Part shown: piece after piece, positions 39,540 to 51,111 of the stretch
Layout: the number at the start of each line of letters is the position of its first letter
Numbering within the stretch: position 1 is the first letter of the stretch
Origin: Isurus oxyrinchus
Lineage: Eukaryota
Assembly: GCA_026770705.1 (NCBI GenBank)
Contig: JANJGN010000038.1
Location: 2,170,001 to 2,234,000, forward strand
Length of the DNA: 64,000 nucleotides
Direction: 5' to 3'
The notes under the pieces: model-generated
Seen by the model: only the letters and a program-made list of their open reading frames with translations
What the model was told of the DNA's origin: nothing
Databases searched by the model: none
Made by a program: the position numbers and the translations under genes

Positions 39540-40170
39540 CAACTCGGCTCAAGAAGATATTTGGAATCTTTCTCTTTGTTAGACGAAGTATAGAATGTAA
39601 GATAGAAGGGTAAATACTCGAACTGTATAAAGCATTCTTTAGGCCACAAGTTGAGAACTGTGTGCAGCTCTGGCCACCTCATTACAGAAAGGGTATAATT
39701 GCACTAGAGAGGGTCCAGAGGAGATTTATGAGGATGTTGTGAAGACTCTAAAACATGCAACTAAGAGGAAATGTTTGATAGGCTAAGATTTTTCTCAGTG
39801 GAACAAGGGAGGCTGAGGGGAGGTTTGAATTGTGCGGGATCTTGATAGAGTGCATGGGAAGAGCATATTTACCTTAGCAGGGAGCTAAGTGACGAAGGGA
39901 CGTACCTTTGAAGCGATTGGCAGAAGGATTAGAGGGGAGTATAATGAATTTCTAAAACCAGAGGTTAGTGGTGATATGGAAATCACTATCTGAAAGGGTA
40001 GTAGATGCAAGGGCCCCCAGTTCATTTGAATGGTGTCTGGATATGCACATCAAGCACTGTAACCTGCAGGGCTACGGGCCAAATGCAGGGAAGTGGGATT
40101 AGGATGGATGGCTCATTTTTTGGCCGGAGCAAACACGATTTCTGTGCTATAAATTTTCTGCGATTCGATG
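39540..40170 (+). mobile_element. CR1 LINE 3' fragment
   Basis: aggccacaagttgagaactgtgtgcagctctgg...ctagagagggtccagaggagattt encodes RPxLExCVQxW / LERVQRRF. Confidence 0.85.
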
Positions 40171-40839
40171 AAAAATTCTAGTTTTTGAGCAGAAACACGT
40201 TGTTCTTTCAGGCTTGTCCCATTGATGCCAGGCTCGTCAAGGCCAAATACATCTTGTGATAAATAGGCAATTTGACTTTCTAATATTGTGCATTTTGATT
40301 GATAGGTACAAACATTTTAATGAGAATAATTCTATTATTTTATTGGGACCAGCTGATTTGCTCTCACGGGGCCTGTGTGACCACATTGTTTCCTTCTATG
40401 TTATATCAATTTTATTCCATGACATAATTACAAGATGGATTTCCAATTCAGCATTGGAAATGCAGAGTTTCCCCTTAGTTTTGGTAAATTCACGGGGGTA
40501 GAATGACTTGCTTCAAGATTGTGTATCTCTAACTCTGAGGCAGTGAAGCGCAAAGTCTTCCCACTTGTCTGCATTGAAGAGGGAATAAGAAGTAAATTCT
40601 AATCGAAGAGGCACAGGTCCTCAGAAAGACGTCGGGGGAAGGAGAGGAGGAGAGCTGCGTTGGGGGGCGGGGGGTGGCGGGGGAACGTGGTGCTGCAGTT
40701 GGGTGGGGGGGAGTTCATGGAAGGGGAAAGACTGCTCTGTTGCTTCTGTGCAGTGGTGCCCTCAAGAGATTCGACACTTCGACCTAGCGATGTAGCGATG
40801 ATTGAAATTTCCCTTATTATCCAAAACTCGCTCATTATT

Positions 40840-41222
40840 TTCACAGAATCACAGAATAACACAATGCAGAAGAGGCCCTTCAGCGCATAGAGTCTGCACC
40901 GACATGAGAAACACCTGACCTACCTACTTAATCCCATTTTCCAGCACTTAGCCCATAGCCTTGAATGTTATGACGTGCCAAGTGCTGATCCATGTACTTT
41001 TTAAAGGCTGTCAGGCAACTCGCCTCCACCACCTTCCCAGCTAGTGCATTCCAGATCGTCACCACACTCCAGGTAAAAAGGTTTTTCCACACAACCCCCA
41101 CCCCTCCCCTCTAAACCTCCTGCCCTTCACCTTGAACTCATGTCCCCTCGTGACTCACCTTTCAACTAAGGGGAACAGCTACTCCCTATCCACCTTGTCG
41201 ATGCCCCTCATAATCTTGTACA
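40840..41222 (-). mobile_element. CR1 LINE 3' end
   Basis: Reverse-complement tail tcacagaatcacagaat and ORF2 C-terminal sequence. Confidence 0.85.
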
Positions 41223-41654
41223 CGTTTTGTTTGTATAATATAATGTCCAGAACAAAGAAAGGAAAATGTCGATGAAGGCTCCCCAGAATCATTGGGCAAC
41301 TTAGGGCAGAGATTCAGTTTCAATATAGGAATGCAAAGAATTCAGGTTACTTCAAGGGACGAGAAAGCATAAGTTTTATTCTGCTAAAGCTGCGAAATAT
41401 TGAGGCTGGCAGTTTAATCGCTTTCTAATTACACATAATTTAAGCAATCGAACCCCATTCGTTTGAAAAACTCACTTACAATTCACATGCAGAGGAAGAA
41501 ACAATCATCGGCATCTTAAATATACAACAGGTTATTCTCACTTTGGTTATTGTTCGAGAAAATTAAAAAGCAATTCTAAAATGAATAATTCCTGCTGTTT
41601 ACAATGTCACAAATATTTAGCCAGGAAATTAAAACTTCGTGCCGGTCAGATACA

Positions 41655-41660
41655 TTTATT
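41655..41660 (-). terminator. Polyadenylation signal of the Ig-like gene
   Basis: AATAAA (minus), ~78 nt after the C-exon stop codon. Confidence 0.7.
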
Positions 41661-41737
41661 AAATCTGCCGAGATTACCGCCACGTTTCTCTTTGAAATTA
41701 AACTCAGGAGTTATTGGCTTGAACTAAGAGCCAGTCT

Positions 41738-42058
41738 TTAGCGATTGCAGGTGTCCAAGCTGATGGATTTCTGAACGAGAGTGTCCTGAGACTTGTATCG
41801 GAACAGACACGAGTAGTGGTCCTTCGAGTTCCAAGAGCTGACAGGGACCCTCAGGTAGCTGCTGATGCTGTAGCTGTTGTCAGCCTCAAGATTAGGTAGA
41901 TTTGTAGACACTCCGCTCTGCGTCTCAATGCCCCGCGCTTTCCACGAAAGCTGGGTAGAAGCCCCGAATCAGACAGCTCAGCGTCACTGTTTCAGCTGAA
42001 GTTACTTCCTGGCGCGAAGGCGGAAACAATTCCAGTGATGGCACCTGTAGTTGACGAT
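41738..42058 (-). pseudogene. Ig light-chain constant (C1-set) exon, frameshifted
   Basis: Acceptor ttgcag| then (D)RQLQVPSLELFPPSRQEVTSAETVTLSCLIRGFYPAFVE, a frameshift at ~41939, then ARGIETQSGVSTNLPNLEADNSYSISSYLRVPVSSWNSKDHYSCLFRYKSQDTLVQKSISLDTCNR*. Both domain Cys and the near-terminal interchain Cys are present; the C-strand Trp is missing at the frameshift. Confidence 0.92.
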
Positions 42059-42149
42059 CTGCAACAGATGGTACATAGATGACATGGACTGTCACTGTAA
42101 GAGGCATTATTATTGTAGCTTAACGGTATGGTTATCATAGACCTTCGGA

Positions 42150-42545
42150 AAATACCGCACAGAATGAGGCGTCCATCAGTGCCTCTGCCGGCCTTTCAAA
42201 TAATTATTCATCTTGTCTCAGTCATGTACCCTTTTCCCTTAGCCCCGTAATAGCGTCCATTCAAATATACATCCCATTCCCGTTTGAAAGTTATTATTGA
42301 ATCTGTTTTCACCGTCTTCCCATCCGAGCCCTCCAGATCACAACAAACCGTTGCATAAAAAGAAAAATAAATCCCGCATGGCCGCTCTGGTTCTTCTTCC
42401 ATTCGCTTTATATCTGTATTCCGTGAATACCGACTTTCCTATCGCTATTGAAGTCCTTAATGGTTTGAATACCTGCATTAAGTTACCCCATAAACGTCGC
42501 TGCTCTAAGGAAACAACCCCAGGATTTACAGTCTGTCCACAGAAC
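42150..42545 (-). mobile_element. Old CR1 3' fragment in the J-C intron
   Basis: ORF 42208-42402 (DSIITFKREWDVYL) resembles the CR1 ORF2 end. Confidence 0.7.
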
Positions 42546-42894
42546 TCCCGTCCTGCTTCTCTGATGGGCTTAGTTATGGGCTTATGATCACACCATTACA
42601 ATTTCAGGAATTGAATTCAATTACGCTGGAGGCAAACAAGCTTCCCGATTGTTGTAATAACCAAGTGGCTCACAGGAAATGGACCAACCCCATTCCTACC
42701 CGCCTTGTCAACGTGACTCAGTCCCACACTGCGTAGGTAAATTTTGGTTCATTGAGGGCGAATAATAATAGGCCACCTTCGCTCTGTAGCCCACAATGTT
42801 CAAAATTAAATTATTTCAAAATGCTACGACACCATTATTTACTATCACCGCGAAACATTTTCGCCAATATCTTTTAGTTTTCACAATAGTTTGA

Positions 42895-43193
42895 TGGAAA
42901 ATTCCTTGAATTGCTTGGTGTGAACAATTTGCTAAATAAAAGGGGAATTTTCCATTTTCTGTTATATATTGGGGAACTCCCAAACAGATATTCCAAATAT
43001 CTGCCAGCAGTACAAACAAGCAGAGTCATCGCCGCTGTCACATTTATTTGTTCTACAAAACGTATTCCACCCAATGTGCTTTTGATTCTGCTCCACTCCA
43101 GCTGAAAGCGCAGCCGCTCGGTGTGTTGTAGATCAGTGCACATCAAGCCTTGTGCATTTTTGTAAAAATTGATTCGTGTAATATCCTCAGCTG
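42895..43193. promoter_or_regulatory. Candidate intronic enhancer: three kappaB-like sites and two E-boxes
   Basis: TGGAAAATTCC 42895-42905, GGGGAATTTTCC 42942-42953, GGGGAACTCCC 42971-42981; CAGCTG at 43099-43104 and 43188-43193. Confidence 0.4.
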
Positions 43194-45663
43194 CTACCTT
43201 TTATTCAGGAGGAGCGCCTTTATTTTTTTTGTAAACGTACCTACAGCCAGTGGCCAAAATGTGAATCATTAAAAGAAGCATTGCCTGTATTTATTTTCCC
43301 TGAAATTGATTACATTGTATTTCTCTATCGCGGAAAATTAGATAATTTCTAATCTGCAACTCTGACATTCAAACCGACAAATACAGCACTTTATTGTTGG
43401 AAAGATCGAAACCTTTGCACTAACCACATTAAAATTATCATGCGCTAACTTTAAAAAAAACTAACCAGAAGTGAGCTCTCCAGCGCAAGATCCAACTGAT
43501 TGACCTACACTTCAGTATCAAAATGTCTTGCAATGAATTTGGCTATAAATTCGCCCCAGGCGGCGGAACAATACAGACGGCATTGATTCTACCTGCCTTC
43601 CTACACAGCGCCTGATATCCTTGTCCATGCAGTTAGTGGAGCTGAGTATCGGGAGCTGTTTGAATGATGGCCGACAATGACTATTTTCTAGCACTTATCA
43701 GTAGCATCAGGAACAATTGAAAGAAAAATAAAATTTCAGCAATATTATTAATGCTTTGAACTGTGGGGGAAGTAATTGCACGGGTCACTTTTTGAATTAA
43801 AATAGGAAATGCACCCCAGAATATGTTCCCTGCTTTGCATTCAAAGACAAGTTGGGCATTCACTGGGCTTTGAATTGCCATGGATCGAAGAAAAAGGCAT
43901 CTATAGCCCATCTATATCCCACCACCCTCCACTGAAATGAGAGCAATTCTTCCCAGTCGGAACAAAAAACAATCGGTGGCAATTTGAAACCTTTTTTTTC
44001 GGAATCATTGTCATTTTCTGAGATTAATCCTATTGATGATGATGTCCATACGTGGAACATTGCACATTTTTATTTGAACGTTTCTTTGCCTCGGAGCTCC
44101 GCTCTAAACTAATGGTTTATGGTTTAAAATAAAATAATACATGGCAGCTCCAAATTAAATACATTTTTTTCTCAATGTTGTACTGTAGGAAATTTAAACC
44201 CACAACTTTCTGACTCAAACGCCAGAGTGCTACAACTAAACCATGGCTGACACAACAGAAATTATACCAAGAGGGAATGTAACGGCCCTCTGTGTAAGCA
44301 GTAACATCATACTCAGTGGTCCATTCCATTAATATCACAATTAAATTATTTCATTCTTATCCTGTCCCACTCTCTTAACCTGCAACTTAAAGTGCAATAA
44401 CGTCTAGGTTTTTTTTAATAAATACTGATTGACACGAATGAGCTTTTCCAATGATCATGGCAGAGGTCTGCAGTTTCATTTAATATTTGCCACGAAGGTC
44501 AATGTTCTCGATGCGCTTATACCAGAAAAATGGAGCCGAAATACAAGTTCAGAACAGAAGTAAAAAGTGAAATTTCAAATCCTATAACTTACTGACAACT
44601 AATGTTTTTTTTTAAAATTATGCTTCATGCTTAACATGTCTGGAAATTTAGACATTGAATTATACGGTTTGCCAATAAATTAAAGATCGGGTGATTTAAT
44701 ATTTGGTAGCTGTACCTGTTCAGATTTAAAGATCCTATTGTTCAGATCAATTTCGGTTTATCCTACGGTATACGCTTTTAGTTATTCGAGCCAATGCATT
44801 AATATGGAAGTGACGGAAAATACATTCATTGAAGGAATTGTGATTGTTGGGTATGCACCGTTCAGCCACAAAACAATAACTGCCCCCTCACGCCGCTGGC
44901 ACTACGCCCCAGAGCAATAATGCATATGGCTATGTGAGCATAAATAGATGTAGAATTGAAGAGTGGTGGTAATAAGATAGATTGCTCAGGCGTTGCGGAA
45001 ATAAATATCCTGTAATAGCAAGTGTCACTCAATGTTAAAATATGGTCCAGTTTTAACCAGTTTCACACGGCAATACCAACTAGCTCCCAGAAATAACAAA
45101 CATCGTCCAATAATAATGAATAGAGATTAGCACCATCAAACATCGCCTACTATTCACCACAATGCACGGTAAGGATAGGAATCCGCCTTGGCAGTGGCGC
45201 AAATCAGGCCGTATCGGTGAGGCCGCTGGTTCAGTGCAGCCCCTGACATTTAGCTCCATTGGCTACAAGGCAACTGACTATTGGCCGCTGGGTAAAAGGC
45301 GCGGCCTGTCTGATAAAGTCCGTTTCCGCCACCACCTAAGGCAATTTTTACCCCATGGAATCCAAAGAATTTCGGACTCTCTGTTTCGTATCCCGCGAAG
45401 TTGAGAATGCTCCTGTATTCCTGACAATAATTTTTATTGGAGCAACATTAACGCTTAGCCTCGTCTCAGCTGAACGATCACCGAGTTCACCTTTTTTCAA
45501 CTAATAAAATACCAACTGCCGAGTATCTCAAGCACTAAAGGAAATGTCATTGCCGTCGTGTCGGGCTTGTGAAGTTATTTCACAATGACTGTTGCAACAT
45601 TGTGTAATATTTTGCAATCTAAAATCTTCCCTTAACACAAGCACGGCCTCAATATTTACTTGC

Positions 45664-46023
45664 CCACTACGTGTAACTCTGTACCTTTGCCAAAATACTG
45701 TCCAGAATCAAAAAGCGAGCAGTAGTAGACAGCCGAGTCCTTCAGCTCCACTTGATTGACAGTGAGGGAGAAACTTTTCTTTGCGTCGTCTCTAGAATGG
45801 GCGAAGCGGTCGGTGAACCCTGAGCCTCGGAGCAGGGCGCCTCCATCATCGGTGCTTTTATGGGTCAAGATCCATACCGGTGTCTTCCCCGGCGTCTGTC
45901 GGAACCAACGGAGCCATCTATCCCCGATATCTCTGTTCTTTACCCAGCAGCTTAAGGTGACGGACCATCCTGAGACGGCAGAGGCAGTTTCGGCTTGGAG
46001 CAGTTCGGGAAGTGGACAGACAC
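45664..46023 (-). CDS. Germline-joined Ig light-chain VJ exon (sigma-cart/type I-like)
   Basis: Acceptor ttacag| then (S)VCPLPELLQ..VTLSC..WFRQTPGKTPVWIL..RGSGFTDRF..DSAVYYC-SLFDSGQY-FGKGTELHVV-G|GCAAGT. V and J are in one open frame with no heptamer/nonamer between them. Confidence 0.95.
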
Positions 46024-46147
46024 CTGTAAGATTCAGAGTAAAAGTCATGAGTTCAGGCCTAAGGTAAAGGATAAAGGCAGCACGGAACGTTTTGGGTCAA
46101 TACACTTTTAAATCTTTACAGCAAAATCAGCTCCACGTTATACTCAC

Positions 46148-46193
46148 TGGAGAAACACATTAGCAAGAGCAGCATCATATAAACTGTGTCCAT
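46148..46193 (-). CDS. Ig leader (signal peptide) exon
   Basis: ACCATGG Kozak; MDTVYMMLLLLMCFS + A|GTGAGT; 46 nt, phase 1, with a 124-nt intron to the V exon. Confidence 0.93.
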
Positions 46194-46279
46194 GGTTACA
46201 CTGAGGCACGCGCAGTGATTGACAAGCTTGGCCTAAGATTCTTACTGTCAGTGCAAAGGCAAAAATTCGGTGCGACCCA

Positions 46280-46340
46280 TTTATATCCCAAACTAAGGAT
46301 TCTTATTGGCTGTCGGCAACACGCCTTCAAAAATGCAAAT
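46280..46340 (-). promoter_or_regulatory. Ig light-chain-type promoter: octamer, CCAAT, TATA
   Basis: Coding-strand ATTTGCAT at 46333-46340 (light-chain orientation), CCAAT at 46305-46309, TATAAA at 46280-46285. Confidence 0.8.
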
Positions 46341-46914
46341 TCATTTGATGGGAAGAGAACTGGGCAACAGACCGAAACCCGTGGACACTTGGAAATTAAA
46401 ATTTATACCGATTGTGAAAATAGCAATTGCAGCCGCAATGTCTGGGAGCAATCCAACACTCGTGTGTTTGGTAACATCAGCAGTCTTTACTGCCCCCTTT
46501 GTGAATCCTTCACAATATGTACATCTTCATGATCTATCTCCCCTTCGCCATGCTAAGGCTATGCTCCCTTACTGTACAGTCAGTGAGTATGCTAGTTTTT
46601 CTTTAAAGTTGTGTTTTACTATCCAGCCTGGAAGTTGCCATTGCTTCTGTGAATTGAGGACCTTCCGTATTCTAGTGAAACGCCCAGAAGCCGCTGTTAC
46701 ACTGCTAAAAGCAGCAGAAAAGAGTTTGGTGCAGCGAGATGTTAATGTAGCTGGTGCTTGACATTATCAACTTATCTTTGGCCTGAAGTAACTCACTAGC
46801 CCTTACCAAGTCAAATAGAGCATCATTCAGCATTTATACCTCAGCACAACGCAACAACACAATTATGAATAAATAAAAGTTCTCTGCTGCAGTTTGCCTT
46901 CCAGTCTATTGAAC

Positions 46915-47370
46915 AGAATTATCAAAATATACGATGAAGAAGGAAGATGCTCTTTCTACCTTTGTGTGCTCTATAAGATCGGTTGAATTTATCCTCGCTC
47001 TTTCCCAGTGGACCTGCAAAAATCCCCTTCCATTTATATTTCAAATTCCCTGTTGAAATTCATTATTAAATCTGTTTCCACCATCCTCTGAAGGGTGCAT
47101 TCCAGATCATGAACGAATAAAATAAAATAATTAAAACCTGCTGCACGCCCTTCCCAAGGCCCTGACATTCTTCCTAAAGTGTGGCGCATAAAATTGACGA
47201 TAATACTCCAACTGTGCTGGAAGTAGTGCTCTATTAAGATTTAACATGAATTCCCTTGTTACCTTTTTGTCTTTGCACTCAAAGTCAAGGCCCGTATGTG
47301 TCTTTTTTGCAGCCTTCCCAAATCCGCCTGCCAATTTCGGAAATTTGTTCGCACGTACCCTCCAGTCTGT
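46915..47370 (-). mobile_element. Old CR1 fragment
   Basis: ORF 47131-47334 (QLEYYRQFYAPHFRKNVRAL). Confidence 0.75.
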
Positions 47371-48569
47371 CCCTTTAAGGGATTACCTGGCTATTTGATT
47401 TGTTAATTTATTTAATTTGTATTAATTTAATTCCCTTTAATTTGCTTTATTTGCTAATTGTTCCAATCAAGAAAATATACCATCCTGCCTTAAAATAACC
47501 ATTTACCACAACTACCTGCTTGCAGTCCCCCAACCAATATCCACGCTGCCATGGGCTTCACTTTTGAAACAAATTGATTCTTAATTCTCAGTAACAGTGT
47601 TTGTAGAGATTGGATGACAATGGAGAAAATCAATTCTGTCTCTCACTGAACGCTAAGAGGTGTAGAGTTGTTTGTAGAGGATTACTCCTGTTCTGTAATG
47701 TGCCAGATAATACTTCTGCTTTAATGAAAGATATTGCGATAGCAAAACGACGTTTTCCCCAATATATTTGCAATAGAGAGTAGAGTTCTTCACCTCAGGC
47801 AGCGACTGAGGTGGATATTAATGCACCTTTCAATCCATTTTTAAACAAAGTAAGATGAGGAGACTGAGCAGTACTAGGGGTCACTTTACTTTTCTCCAGG
47901 AGAGCGCGCACACGATGGGCCAAAAAAATTCCTTCCTTTTGTAAACGTGTTTGTTTATATCATTTGACCAATCGAATTACATTTCTTCCCCTGGACCTGA
48001 TAGTTCGGTTAGTTTTGCAGATTAACGTGGTATTTACATTATTATTTGACAAACTACAACAAAAAAACAATCAAACTATATGTTTTTTTGCAAGTGTGGT
48101 TTGTCTGCCATCCCGATCAGTTGCAAAAGATATAAGTCAGTAAAATCAACTTGCTAACACTCTCGCTGCACTCAGGAAAGCTGCAAATACACAAACACGA
48201 CAGATCTGCCTGGGCATGTGAGCTTACTGAGGCGGCAGCCGCATAACTGGTTCAGCGCTAAAAGCTGAGCTTGATGCTGACAGTGAATGAAAACTAACAC
48301 ATTATTGCGTTCATTTCTAACACTCTGGGCAAAAAAACGACTCAGGTTATTTTCAGAAGTAATTCTTAGGGGCACTGCTGCTGTAAAAATAAAGCACAAG
48401 GAAATGGCCAACTTTCAAATCATTTATGAAAAATTTCAAGTGGGAAGCATACATACTATTCACGTTCACTCAAAACCAAACAGGGTGATTCCAATTTCCA
48501 CACCTAACTTTTACGAATAAAAGATATCTCGAGGAATACGACAAGCAAACACAAGACAGACTCTTAAAA

Positions 48570-50140
48570 GAGCAATGAATGTTATTAACTTTACATGTAA
48601 TAATCGGTTAATGCCCTTGGAATGTAAGGAATATGTCACAATGAATGATTATTATTCATTTCATCTGTGATACCTTACAACACTGAGATATTTCCCATTC
48701 AGTGTGAAGTATATCAGAAAAGATGATAATTTACTATTCGTTTGACGTGAGGGGTAATAAAGCGACAAGAAATTATTAGCTTCTTATAGTAATGGATTAT
48801 TGTTCATTAATGTGAGGGGTGTTACATATATATAACTAAATCATGTTATGTGAGCTGTACTCCAGCAATGGAATGTTGTTAAATAAAGTGTGCTATAATA
48901 CAGAAATGGGTTATTATTCACTTAATATGATGCACCTGAAACTAATGGACTAATGCTCAAGTACTTTGTGGTATACAACAGCAATGCGTCAGTGTTCATT
49001 TAATTTGGAGGATATTTCAATCGTAGAGTTTTGCTTGTTTAACGCAAGGGATATCAAATATATACATTACTTTTCATTTCATATGACATATATTACAAAA
49101 ATTGATTATTTTCAATTATTATAAGGGATATTTGAGCAATAGATCAGTGTGCATTTAATATGTTGCATATTGAAGAAATGAAGTAATGTTCATTACATTT
49201 CAGGGATATTACAGTGATTGCTCCTTTGGAGTGAGTTTATTAAAGGAATAGATTATTCAGTTCAGGTAAGGGGTATCACAGCACTAGATTTTTGTTCGTT
49301 TCATGCATTGCAGCAATGAATCAGGATTACTTTAAAGCCTTGTACATTATGGCAAGGAATTAGTATTCGTTTAATTTGGGGAATACTACAGGAGTGGATT
49401 ATTGATCAATTAATGTAAGCTGCCTCGGAGCAATGGATTATTCATCATTTAAAATGAGTTATATTGCAGCAATGCATTATTGTTTTTAATGTGAGGGATA
49501 CTACAACACTGGATTATTTTTCCTTTACCGTCTGATATGTGACAACAATTGATTAGTATTAATTGCATGTCAAGATTATGGCAGAAATGGATTATTGAAT
49601 ATTTGTTGTGAGTTATATTAAATATAAAGATTATTATTCATTGAATTGTGACTCTGCAGTAATGGCATGCATTTTCATTTAATATATGAGTATTGCAGCA
49701 GTGCAACATTGTTCCTCTAAAGTGAGACATATCAGAGCAATAGATTATTGTTCATTTCTTGTGAGTTACAGAGTTACAATGAATTACCGTTCATTTAATG
49801 TGATTGATATTACCTTTATGGATTATTCTTTATTTAATTTGAGATATATTGTTGCTAGGAAGCATTATTAATGTAATGTGAAAAGTATGAAAAATGGATT
49901 ATTGTTCAATTATTGCGAGTTATATTACAGTGATTGGAATTTGTTCATTTGAAATGTGATATAATTCACCAATGAATTATTTTTCATTTAAAGTGAGGGA
50001 TATAACATCAATGGGACATTGCTTAATTGCTCTGAGGTATGTTAAATAATTGGATTTTTGGTCATTTAACGTGAATTTTATCAAGTGATGGAGTCTTGAT
50101 ATTTAATTTGAGGGCTATTACAGGAATAGATTACTGTTGC
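48570..50140. repeat. Degenerate ~38-39-bp AT-rich minisatellite (ATGGATTATTGTTCATTTAATGTGAG..ATATTACAGCA)
   Basis: Unit recurs ~40 times with heavy divergence. Confidence 0.85.
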
Positions 50141-51111
50141 TATCTATATGTATATGATACAGAGTGGGCTGTGGTGCCCTCTTGCAAACACTGAAATGAT
50201 GTTCTTACTTTTAAGCCATTTTTTGCTCCATTAAAAATTGAGACTCAGGATCAGATTGGATACTAAATAAATCTCATCGAACACTGGATTTCCCCTTCAG
50301 TCTACTTTTCCTCGCCGTTCACCTCCAGCAACGGCATCTCGTCCGTTATTACTGTAATTACCTAATTTCTCTTGTAAGTGTCCCCCTAAAACCTCCTCAG
50401 GAATTTCACCTTCAGGAATGTTTTTACTTCTTTCTCCTAAGTTTATGAAATCCCCTCTTTAATGGACACCTTCCCCCATGAAAATTATTGTGGGAAATTT
50501 GAATCGATATGCTGATCGAGATAGCTGGATAAGATGAAGCTGATGGCCATGAATGAACGAACACGTTGCACTGATGACAGTGTAATACACTTTCTTCGCC
50601 AGCAGAGTGTGGAAATGTCCATAGTAAAACAGACAGCTCTGCTCCCTTCTGCTGTAATGTCCCTAATTCCTACGACTTCCCGAGTCAGCAGGTCATTGAT
50701 GTTTTGATGTGATCGGGCACATGGGGAGTTTGATTGGTTTTATTATGGGATATCATGATCTCCTGGAGTTCGCTTAGTTAACATCCAGCCCGGAAATTTC
50801 AGTTTCGGGGCTGGGAACAAACAAAGATATTTTATACCCCGAAGTCATGGTTCACCACCTATTAAAATTAATGATAAATTCATGACCTGGCGATGTACAG
50901 TTTCCAGACAGATATAGTAGCTATTCATTTCCACCATCTTTATATGTTTCACGTTAAATTCAGCTTTGATTGCGCGGGGAGGGGGTGTGTTGGGGGATGG
51001 TTGGTTGGGGGGTCGTGGAGTGAGGGGGAGGCAGGCCGTGGGATATCAGGCGGTATTGAATGGGCCACCAGTTATCTAAAACCACCGCATTTCCTCTGTA
51101 TGGAATTCCAC

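Noticed and set aside
45581-45604. CACAATG...CATTGTG inverted heptamer-like pair just downstream of J (possible RSS or signal-joint relic)
   Set aside because: No ACAAAAACC-like nonamer at 12- or 23-bp spacing on either strand, and the orientation is not that of a signal joint
45656-46048. ORF-track start (MTFTLNLTG) and end (GK*) of the V ORF; T-cell receptor interpretation
   Set aside because: The ORF ends are intronic; the true boundaries are the splice sites. The C exon ends in Cys + stop + polyA with no TM exon and the promoter has a light-chain octamer, favouring IgL over TCR.
50480-50640. Minus-strand AKKVYYTVISA resembling a third GPR139-like exon 1
   Set aside because: No GVP/GIP motif or phase-1 donor follows and no exon 2 is found; similarity is too short
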